DNA of 21,177 nt from Paramicrosporidium saccamoebae KSL3 (taxonomy: Eukaryota; Fungi; Cryptomycota). Shown here piece by piece: positions 8,443 through 16,851 of the stretch. Both the position numbers and the translations under genes were made by a program. The first letter of the stretch is position 1. Every line of letters begins with the position of its first letter. The notes under the pieces were generated by a model, which searched no databases, was not told the origin of the DNA, and saw only the letters and a program-made list of their open reading frames with translations. Location: contig MTSL01000090.1 of the NCBI GenBank assembly GCA_002794465.1, positions 1-21,177 on the forward strand, given 5' to 3'.

Positions 8443-9585
8443 TCACAATGATGGCAATACTTTTGGTACGGCCACTCTGGCAACGATGCATGTTTCAAAC
8501 TCTTCGCTTGATGTCTCGGAAATTTGCTGTGCCAGACTTTCAGTGTCGTCTGATAGCTCCAGTGTGAATTCTTCAGATACAAAGCTGTCAACCGTCGAGT
8601 ATGATGCTACCAAAACCATGTCCCCATCTTCCAGAGGAGTCGTAATCAGATCTTTGCTACTTGATACCGCCTTTATGATCAATTTCCCTTGGGACTGGCG
8701 AAAAAGTACAGCACGCTGTTGCGGTTCCCCCTCCATCCAAAATAGGATTTCATTCGCGGCATTATTAATGGCGACAACTAGTCCATGCATCCTCAGCGGA
8801 TAAAGCTTTCGAAATGCCTCCTTGGTCAAGTTGGTTTTATCAAGCTGATGTTGATCCCAGTCACGGCGGCTTTCTCTTTTACGAGTTTTACCATAACCAA
8901 ACCCATCAATGAGTATTATTCGAGAAGAACTGGCCCGGTATCCTAGGGTTACGCCCTCCCCTTTAATATAATAATTTGCGTCTCTAGGCTTTTTTTTACC
9001 GCATGCACTGCGGTCTTTAAAGAATGCCGCAGATGAGTCGGTAGTTGTCTGCGTGATGCAGCGCGATCGTACTTGATGGTCTGCAAGGTTTTCCTCGCTC
9101 TTCTTCATTTCATCAACACGCGTTTCTCTCAATTTTTTGGGCTTCTTTGGACGATTTAGTGGGTTGTTCTCGTGTATATCTAGCTGAGAATGTGCTTCTG
9201 CGTCAGAAACTGCGGGGGCAGTGACCAGATCCTTGGCTCGATTAAATGTACTTTTCATAAGCGCGTCGTTGCTCACATACTGCTGCCCATCGCTCTGATT
9301 GCGGGTCGATATAGAAGAAAGCCAGTCCCTGTGGCTTTTAGTGATAAAAAATGTTTCCCTTATTCTGCTGTAAAAGCAAGTCGGCTCATTCTCGGATAGT
9401 ACAGACGTTGTTAGTTCTTCCTGTTCGTCCAATACTGGGTAAAACTGAACACCAATCTGCCCTTGTGGACTTGCGAGTCTCCAGTCGCCTACCATGCTTG
9501 TTTCCTCCCTCAAAAGAGACCCTTGCAAATGTCCAAATGGGCAAACAAGTAACAACGTCAACCACAAGCTTGGATATTGAATCAT
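8443..9585 (-). CDS. Predicted secreted protein (380 aa) with a degenerate PP2C/PPM (PTC7-like) C-terminal domain; probable pseudophosphatase
   Basis: First ATG at 9585 (MIQYPSLWLTLLLVCPFGHLQG, signal-like). Ordered motif resemblance to PTC7: RDANYYI~GEDNYFV, LIDGFG~VADGVG, GDMVLVASYSTVDSF~DIIILATDGVTDNI, LAQQIS~FAQEIS and FETCIVARV~DDITVVVVRV. AATAAA on the minus strand is at 8426-8431. The CDS is well supported; the fold call is by eye. Confidence 0.6.
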   Translation of the reverse strand: MIQYPSLWLTLLLVCPFGHLQGSLLREETSMVGDWRLASPQGQIGVQFYPVLDEQEELTTSVLSENEPTCFYSRIRETFFITKSHRDWLSSISTRNQSDGQQYVSNDALMKSTFNRAKDLVTAPAVSDAEAHSQLDIHENNPLNRPKKPKKLRETRVDEMKKSEENLADHQVRSRCITQTTTDSSAAFFKDRSACGKKKPRDANYYIKGEGVTLGYRASSSRIILIDGFGYGKTRKRESRRDWDQHQLDKTNLTKEAFRKLYPLRMHGLVVAINNAANEILFWMEGEPQQRAVLFRQSQGKLIIKAVSSSKDLITTPLEDGDMVLVASYSTVDSFVSEEFTLELSDDTESLAQQISETSSEEFETCIVARVAVPKVLPSL

Positions 9586-9711
9586 GAATTTCAGAAAAAG
9601 AACTCGCTTCACCAGCCGCCAGGGGTATCAGATGACCTGTGGGCAAGATTATCACCATCCCTGGCCAAGCTGCGTGGTAATCAGTTTTGCATATGACAAG
9701 TTTTTGGATTA

Positions 9712-9878
9712 CCGCTGCAAAATAGTTAGTACGTAGTGAGCTTATAAGTTTGTAAATGGTAATCTCTATTTCTAGCAGAATCAGATGACAAGCAATCCTT
9801 AATGAGACCAGCTCTTGGCTGATAGCGAGCTTTTGCATGCAGGCTGTTGTGTTGTTGCGTAGTGGGGACGATGATCTG
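9712..9878 (-). promoter_or_regulatory. Upstream module shared with 8064-8222 (candidate promoter)
   Basis: Contains two degenerate 27-mer units (9712-9762) and ttgttgcgtagtgggga (9852-9868), a 16/17 match to the 17-mer. Confidence 0.55.
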
Positions 9879-10185
9879 TTTGCTGTTAATACAATAGCCT
9901 TTTTATAGTCTCACAACTAACCTAATAATCCTAAAGTATCCGGCTAATTAATCCATTCTATCACAGCTCCACCACGCAGCATCCTGGCCCTGGTCTACTA
10001 TCTATCGATTATTGTATCGAGCTACAGACTTCCGACCAGGCAAATCACCTATTCCGAGTGAATGCATTACTGATATAGCATGCTTAATAACACTATAAAC
10101 CTAATATTTCTCCGGTTTAACAAAGCCCCGTGCCCTGCAAACACTTTGAGAGGATGCTGCCGGGGTGTGAGAGACCCTAACCGAC

Positions 10186-10804
10186 ATGGTAAGTATCCAA
10201 CCGACCTCATCCATCCATCTCATTTTTCCATTTTTCAACAGTTTCTAACGTCCTTCAGGGTATTGATATTGATCGCCACCACGTCAAGAAGCGTCAGCGC
10301 ACTGCGCCCGCTGGAGACAACGTCTACTTGATGCTTCTCGTCAAGTTGTACCGTTTCCTCGCTCGCCGTACCGGTTCGTCCTTCAACAAGATTATCCTGA
10401 AGCGTCTGTGTATGAGCAAGACTAACCGCCCGCCCATTTCTCTGTCCTGCGTTGCCAAGAATTTGGCTGGCCGAAAGGACGCCCCCGTTGCGGTCATGAT
10501 CGGCACCGTTACTAATGACGAGCGCCTTCAGGTCGTTCCCAAGATGACCATTGCCGCCCTCAAGTTTACCAAGACTGCACGCGCCCGCATTGTGCAGGCT
10601 GGTGGTGAGGCTTTGACGCTGGACCAACTCGCCCTGCGTGCGCCCAAGGGTGAAAAGACGATGCTGCTGCGCGGAAAGCGCACTGCACGCGAGGCTGTTT
10701 CTCACTTTGGTACTCCTGGTGCTATTGGAAGCCATGCTAAGCCCTATGTCCGTTCCAAGGGACGCAAGTTTGAGCGTACTCGTACTAAGCGTGCTAATTG
10801 CTAA
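10186..10804 (+). CDS. RPL18: 60S ribosomal protein eL18; exons 10186-10188 and 10259-10804 (182 aa)
   Basis: ATG followed by a 70-nt intron (GTAAGT...CTAAC...CAG, 10189-10258) gives [39 protein letters not shown]...[13 protein letters not shown]. Codon bias is strong. AATAAA is at 10821-10826. Confidence 0.97.
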
Positions 10805-10863
10805 AGCCCATGTTCCCCCCAATAAACAATACTAATGTGAAGTCCAGAGGAAATAGTGGTGTG

Positions 10864-11035
10864 TGTAATATGGGAGCGATGTGATCTAGTATGGGGGTGA
10901 TGTAATATGGGGGCGATGTAATGTAGTATGGGGACGATGTGATGTAATATGGGGGCGATTTGATGTAATATGGGGGCTATGTGATGTAATATGGGGGCTA
11001 TGTGATGTAATATGGGGGCGATGTGATGTAGTATA
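10864..11035 (+). repeat. 21-bp G-rich minisatellite, ~8 units, consensus TGTAATATGGGGGCGATGTGA
   Basis: Units start at 10864, 10885 (16-nt truncated), 10901, 10922, 10943, 10964, 10985, 11006 and 11027 (partial). Confidence 0.95.
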
Positions 11036-11130
11036 AAGGTTCTCAGGTGATGAAATAATTTGTTTATTATCACTATAGTAACTTGATGAGAAAAGGTTGA
11101 TGCTCTAATGTATCCATGTTTTAGCGTATT

Positions 11131-11195
11131 CCCACCATACACCACACCGCAATACACTATACCACAACACACTATACCACACAGCACAGCACATA
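11131..11195 (+). repeat. AC-rich degenerate repeat with 15-bp period upstream of MLH1
   Basis: acactataccaca is repeated exactly at 11154-11166 and 11169-11181 within ACCAC/ACTAT/ACAGC-type pentamers. Confidence 0.6.
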
Positions 11196-11230
11196 ACAAA
11201 ACACTCATGCTCTTTACCATTAAATAGTTG

Positions 11231-13446
11231 ATGCGCATTAAACGATTGGACGATGCTGTCGTTCATCGGATTGCCGCAGGAGAGGTACTCGTTTCGAGAT
11301 GACTGAGGTGGCAGGTTATAGTCAGGCCATGCAATGCCATCAAGGAGCTTCTTGAAAACTCGTTTGATGCTGGAGCAACAAATATCACCATTTCAATTCA
11401 GGACAATGGATACAAGTCTTTTACCATTCAAGACAATGGCCATGGAATCATGGTAGGATTGCATTAACAGTGTCTCTAAGATTGCAGAAGGAGGACTTGC
11501 CACTATTGTGTGAACGGTATGCAACCAGCAAACTATGCTGTCTGGATGACCTTCGGAAACTGACCACTTTTGGCTTCCGTGGCGAGGCGCTGGCTAGTCT
11601 TAGTCATATTGCGCGACTCTCTGTTGTTACTCGAACGGCAGGAAGCGCTGTTGGCTACAAGGCCTCGTATATTGATGGACGACTTGTAGGAGAGGCGACG
11701 CCAACGGCGGCTAATCCGGGCACAACTATTACAGTTCTGGACCTGTTCTACAACAATGCAGTGCGGGTGACAGGAAAAGCAGAGGAGTATTCGAGGATTA
11801 TGGAAGTTGTGCAGAGATATGCAATTAACAAAGCAGGTGAATGCGCAGTGTCTCTAAGACGAAGTGGTGGAAAGGCCGACTTTGTCACTCGACAAGGACA
11901 AGACCAAATATCAGTGATTCGTACCATTTTTGGAGAAAAGGTCTCATCAGCGCTTTTATCCCTCGAGGGGAGCAATGGAAATAGTGGGAATAACGGGGAT
12001 AATATGGTTACTGGACTCGTCAGCAACGCATATCATCAACAAAAATCTCTAGTGTTTATCCTATTTATCAACGGTCGTCTTGTGGACAGCCCACGTCTTA
12101 AAAAGGCCATTTCCAATTTGTATTCTGAAGTTCTCCTGAAGCAAACCAACCCGCTGGTCTACTTGCACCTCAAGCTTGCACCTGAAATATTGGACGTGAA
12201 TGTACACCCGACCAAGAAGGAAGTCATATTTCTGAACGAAGATCAAGTGATAGACACTGTTGTCGCCGTAATCCGGTCAAGGATATCAGATGCTGGAATA
12301 GTGGGAATGCATGTTCCAACTCTAAAGATTCCCGAAACAGTTCCGCAGGTCGTGTTGGAGACTGTTCGTGATGTGGCTCCGACTCGCAGTGTGTTACCAA
12401 TTCGCAGTGTGGCACCAAGTCGCAGTGTGATAACTATGCTGAATGCATCTCCCCAACAATATACAGCCTCTACACGAAACTCGTCGCTACCGTTTCAGCG
12501 GATTCATACAGATCCAAAGAATCGCACCTTGGACTATTTTATTCACAAAAGAGCTCGTGTTGATGAAGAAAGAGTCTTTAATCAACCACCTACTAACATG
12601 TCTTTGCATCTTTCTTCAGAAAATCCATTTTTTACTGAATCATCCAAACCTGCACTGCCGGTAAGCGAGCGTGAACATGAGCATGAGCGTGATAATGGGA
12701 ATGAGAATGGGAATTTGCGTCCACGTGAGCATGTGAATTTACGTTTGCATGAGGGTTTGCGTTTGGAAAGCAACCGAGGATGCAGCCCTCAAATTACTGA
12801 AATTTTGCAACGGCATTCCTTTGTCGGGTTACTTGATCGGCGCCGCTGCTTTATTCAATTTGAGACGAGCTTATTATTGATGGATGTTCCACGATTGCTA
12901 ACAGAATGGATCTTTCTAAGCATTGTCTTTACTGACACTGCCGTTGAGTCAATACCGAGAGGATTGTCAATCGACTCTTGTTTAGATGAATTTTTTGCCA
13001 CCGAGCCCGCCACTATTGAGGCCACTCTGGTCGACAGGGCCGTTCTGAAAAGCGAGATTATCGATTACATCGAGGCGAAAGCGGCCGTTTTAGGACACCT
13101 TATTGACATTGTGGATGGCACAGTGACTGCAGTCTATGATCCTTTTCGTTTGCGTGGACAGCACTTTGAGGCAAGATTGGGCGGATTCATATTTCGCTCT
13201 ATCATTGATGTCGACTGGGATAGTGGCGATCATGTCAAATCCGTGTACAGGCTGTATGCTGAATTCCTCGTATCATTAATCTGGGATACCGAGGACATTA
13301 GGCCACACATTGAGCATAGCATCCTCCCCGCAATGAAGCGATTGCCGAGCGAGAGTGACGGGTTCCCATCCGTTTGTGCATCAAATGGCTCCTTGTTACA
13401 GGTTGCCACTGTGCACGATCTCTACAAAATCTTTGAAAGATGTTAA
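11231..13446 (+). CDS. MLH1: DNA mismatch repair protein MutL homolog 1; exons 11231-11284, 11315-11452, 11488-13446 (716 aa)
   Basis: Removing introns 11285-11314 (30 nt) and 11453-11487 (35 nt) gives [38 protein letters not shown]...DNGHGI...TFGFRGEALASLS (GHKL ATPase). It also has DVNVHPTKKEV and the MLH1-specific C-terminal FERC. Confidence 0.97.
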
Positions 13447-13475
13447 CCATTTGGTCAGCAGCCAGTATGATACGG

Positions 13476-13494
13476 GGTTTATTGGGAATAAACC
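13476..13494. terminator. Palindrome GGTTTATT-GGG-AATAAACC giving AATAAA on both strands (candidate bidirectional polyadenylation signal)
   Basis: Perfect 8-bp inverted repeat 30-48 nt after the MLH1 stop. The function is inferred. Confidence 0.45.
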
Positions 13495-14274
13495 AATTGG
13501 GACGTGGTGAGGGGATTGCCATGGATGAAGCGCAGCTCTTCAATTTAATAGCCCATTTACAACCCTCACCAGCACAGTGGTGGTCAGAATAATCCATTAC
13601 TTTTCACTAGTAGAGGGCTACTATTATAAACACTCCATTTGCTGGTGGGATTGGGTCGTTATTGCAAGTATTACACTAGCCAATTAATTCACCACTACTG
13701 CAACACCCAGATCACTCAACCCGACGTACTAAAATTCTGTCCAACGATCTCTTCCCATAGCCCATGTGAATTGGCTTCCTTGTTACTATAATTCGAAATA
13801 CCAGAACGAACACTTTTACATAATACTCCAAACAGCTGATTCGATGTCATACAGGTACCATTCTTGTCGCAGGAATCGGGCATGCCTACTCTGGCATCTT
13901 TTCCTGCTTTAGACCCACGGGAGGCAAGCTTGGTGTAAATAGCCGCGAGAGTGGAAGCCGCAATAAAGTTCATAGCTCATAAGAGTCGTTGGCCCTTGTA
14001 GAAAATTGCCAAAGTACTTTGATGCACCGCATGGCCAGCGTATCAATAATTGACCAATTATCGCATGATGGACTTTAAGCCTATAACAATACATGTAAAT
14101 TCTCGGCAGAGGCGCGTCGATGTGGGTGTTTCCTGATCCCGTGGTCATAATTCTTCCTCGCATAAATCTCAGATATTGCCTGGGAAGGTCAGCGGATACC
14201 AACAACTCGACTATTAACAATTGCGAACCCGCAGAGCTGGAATGGTCATTGGTACTTGCTCAAGCAGTCACTCT

Positions 14275-14494
14275 GTGATGTAGAGGTAGAGGATTGATCA
14301 GTCGGGTATTTGAAGATGTAAGAATATACTTGTGTGCTAGAGTGGATCGCTTTGCTGGGTATTTGAGGACAAGGAGATGTGTATCCATACTGCTATAGGA
14401 TGGGCAGTGAATAGGTTTCCGCCTGACAAAGTCCGTGATATTATCCCCACTACACGACAATCCCCACTACGCGACAATTCCCACTGCGCGACAA
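14275..14494 (-). repeat. Non-coding segment duplicated in inverted orientation at 2181-2375; includes a 17-bp tandem x3 (14444-14494)
   Basis: Shared blocks include tatggatacacatctc, caaatacccagcaaag, ccactctagcac, caaataccc.act.atcaa and ctctac.tcac. Confidence 0.85.
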
Positions 14495-14563
14495 TAATGG
14501 GATTCTTACGTAATGTATAAAGATTACTAGCGCCGATTCAGCCCGTGATTGCACCGGGGGCGT

Positions 14564-14869
14564 TTATTGAACCTTTTTCACTCTACTGGGGGGCGCAACA
14601 AGCACAATGGCATCTCCTCTTACAAACAACACGCCCCTCCTCTCCACCTCTGTCTTCCATCCCTCGCCCTCGCCGGCGTTTGTGCGTTTCGTCTCCTCCA
14701 CCTCGCCCAACACCAAATTCATGTGTTGGTCAAACGCCTACCCTGTCAATACTGTTCCTCATAATACGTGTAATCGGCCGCGAAGCTCGCGTTCGCCCTT
14801 TAGCTTGACGTAAATGATTTCATCGAGACTTAATTTTATCAGGTCTAATGGTTCCTCTAGTCCAGTCAT
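14564..14869 (-). CDS. LSM3: U6 snRNA-associated Sm-like protein LSm3; exons 14869-14768 and 14737-14564 (91 aa)
   Basis: Manual translation gives [34 protein letters not shown]|[16 protein letters not shown]...[14 protein letters not shown]. The 30-nt intron is GTATTA...TTGACAGGGTAG. The gene is not in the ORF track. Confidence 0.95.
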
Positions 14870-14903
14870 TATGAATAATCAATTATCCGTAAAGTGGAGG
14901 GGT

Positions 14904-15647
14904 TTATTGGAGGGGATCGTGGTAGACTAGTGTCTCTTTGAGAGGGGTAATTTTGGAAAGATTATTCAGACGATGCCAAGGCGAATCATTGGCCAACAAC
15001 ATGTCACGAGCAATGGCCTTGAACCATGGCGTATAGATATCGGGACGCTCGGCAAGTTCGATGCGTAGCTCTTCAGGCCCTACCCAGCGGGTCTCCATTA
15101 CCTCTTCTTGATTAGGACGTACTGTTACATCTTTGACTACGGTATACAAATGATCCACTACACTGTCACCAAAATGCAACCAAACTACACTCATGCTCAC
15201 CCCAATTGGGATCGGCGGACAATGCGGCATAGCGCATCTTTCCCATAAACACCAGCTCGTCACTTGAAATGCCATCAATACCAAGCTCCTGTTGCAATTT
15301 TCGTTGTATGGCAGCGCAGATGTCGGCGTCAGAACGAAGTGGATGGCTGCAGACCGTATTGGACCAGATGCCGGGAAAGGTGTGCTTCCCCAGGGCTCGA
15401 CGTTGCAGCAGCAATCGGTGCTGGGGGTTGAATAGAAAGATGCTGAACGCACGGTGCAACGGCAATTGGTGGGGGTCAGATGAGGTCAAATAATGGCCTA
15501 TAAATCAGCCGACCAAGGATACCCTCTACACGAGTGTTTTGAGGCATGTCCAATAGGGTTATCGTGCAAGTCTACCAAAATGCACTGTTCCTGCTCCAGA
15601 AACCCCTTTTGTACTGATGTAATAAGCCTCCTGGCCAACTTTGACAT
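14904..15647 (-). CDS. IDI1: Isopentenyl-diphosphate delta-isomerase (type 1, Nudix fold); exons 15647-15530, 15497-15189, 15157-14904 (226 aa)
   Basis: Removing introns of 32 nt (15529-15498) and 31 nt (15188-15158) joins EQCILVDLHDNPIGHASKHSCH, LHRAFSIFLFN, TFPGIWSNTVCSHP, WGEHELDHL and YTPWFK. Confidence 0.95.
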
Positions 15648-15743
15648 GTCAATAAAACAATGAAACTGTTTATTTTTTACACATCCCCTTCCCGAGGTTA
15701 TTTACAATTAGGTCGTCATCATGGATCAAATAGCCTAGATCGC

Positions 15744-16838
15744 TCATGAATATGACTTTTGACTTGACATTTTCATTTCATCAGTCTCATCTCGCCCACT
15801 CGACTCGAGATATAATTCGGTGAGATTGGCAGCAAAGATGGAGGTGGGTAGAGGCAGGAATATGACACTGGTGAGCATGATTAGACCAGATAGAAGCTTT
15901 CCCAGCGGTGTTTGGGGGACAATATCACCATAACCCACGGTGGCCATGGTGACTACGCAGAGCCAGATGGCATCAAACATGTTTTGCACACTGCATAACA
16001 GTGTTTTGTCGGCTTCGAGGAGCCAGACGCCATCCTGCAGGACACATACGCTAGTCTCGGCAAAGAACAAACCGCCACTAAAGAGCAGACCGGCGCCAAA
16101 GACATAGACAAAGAGGAACATGAAAGCCAGACCAGAGCGACGCACGGCATGGAAGAACAGGCCGATACGAGGGAAATTGCCCAAGGTGATTCGAAAGAAG
16201 CGCGCAAAACGCACAAGCCGCAGTAGTCGGAGACTGGTGTATCTCCTGACACCGTTCACAGTGAGGGCGGGGAACAGCCAATAGAAATCAAAGATCCATG
16301 GGATCACAGTCAGTACATCAATGAGGGCATCCCAACTCTGCAAATAGACGGTGAGGGTGGGTTGACAGGTCAATTTTAGTAGCATATCCAGTACAAAATG
16401 CACCGATATTGCAGACTCGAGGGCAAACCACATGAATACCTGTTGATTGCTGGTTGACCAAGCGGGAACAGACTCGCAGCAAAACAGCAGTAGCGATAAC
16501 ATTACTAGCGCATCCATGTACCAACTAAACCACCGTGCGCCTCGAGAGCTATCTGGATTACTCAGAAACACATAAATGCAATGAACATGTCTCTTTGGTT
16601 CAAGCGGACCCCCACAAACAGAATTGTGTGAATTCAAAAGAGCAGAGTTGTTTAGGTCATGCCAATCCCGACAACCACACCACCTTTGCTCGTTTGGTTC
16701 CTGTAAATCCCGGCAACCACACCACCCTTGCTTGTTTGGTTCCTGTAACTCCAGACAACCACATTCACATTCATACCCACATCCGCATCCGCATCCACAA
16801 GGAACCGTCTCATTAGGGTCAGTCACATCGACACCCAT
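15744..16838 (-). CDS. Voltage-gated (6TM, Kv-type) potassium channel subunit (364 aa; start uncertain)
   Basis: Pre-S1 FLSNPDSSRGAR, S4 LRLLRLVRFARFFR, pore WLCVVTMATVGYGDIVP and S6 LPLPT. The only in-frame ATG upstream of S1 is at 16838. AATAAA on the minus strand is at 15669-15674. Confidence 0.9.
   Translation of the reverse strand: MGVDVTDPNETVPCGCGCGCGYECECGCLELQEPNKQGWCGCRDLQEPNEQRWCGCRDWHDLNNSALLNSHNSVCGGPLEPKRHVHCIYVFLSNPDSSRGARWFSWYMDALVMLSLLLFCCESVPAWSTSNQQVFMWFALESAISVHFVLDMLLKLTCQPTLTVYLQSWDALIDVLTVIPWIFDFYWLFPALTVNGVRRYTSLRLLRLVRFARFFRITLGNFPRIGLFFHAVRRSGLAFMFLFVYVFGAGLLFSGGLFFAETSVCVLQDGVWLLEADKTLLCSVQNMFDAIWLCVVTMATVGYGDIVPQTPLGKLLSGLIMLTSVIFLPLPTSIFAANLTELYLESSGRDETDEMKMSSQKSYS
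16665..16799. repeat. 42-bp tandem repeat x2.3 followed by six degenerate hexamers, within the channel's 5' ORF
   Basis: Units start at 16665, 16707 and 16749. The hexamers ttcaca ttcata cccaca tccgca tccgca tccaca span 16764-16799. Confidence 0.85.
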
Positions 16839-16851
16839 CGACCGGGGGTGT

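Noticed and set aside
10172-10181. Telo-box-like gaccctaa upstream of RPL18
   Set aside because: A single partial match is not distinguishable from chance.
10235-10822. 195-aa minus-strand ORF
   Set aside because: Antisense shadow of the codon-biased RPL18.
10864-11035. CRISPR array (also considered for the 17-, 27- and 42-bp repeats)
   Set aside because: The units are contiguous with no unique spacers, there are no cas genes, and the context is eukaryotic.
10801-11238. 145-aa ORF with (ILHHIAP)n
   Set aside because: It is a translation of the 21-bp minisatellite and overlaps the MLH1 start and RPL18 stop. There is no coding evidence.
12384-12429. 18-bp-period repeat (RSV x3) and the EREHEHER stretch in MLH1
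   Set aside because: Ordinary low complexity in the variable MutL linker.
13874-13912. Plus-strand NRACLLWHLF resembling the family A motif RAYLLF
   Set aside because: The flanks do not align and a stop follows at once, so it is probably chance.
14221-14240. gggttcgcaa on the minus strand as a tRNA T-loop
   Set aside because: No cloverleaf or A-box can be built. No tRNA or rRNA was recognised anywhere in the window.
16624-16851. 76-aa N-terminal extension of PWP2
   Set aside because: The conserved PWP2 N-terminus begins at 16852. The extension is the antisense reading of the channel's repeats.
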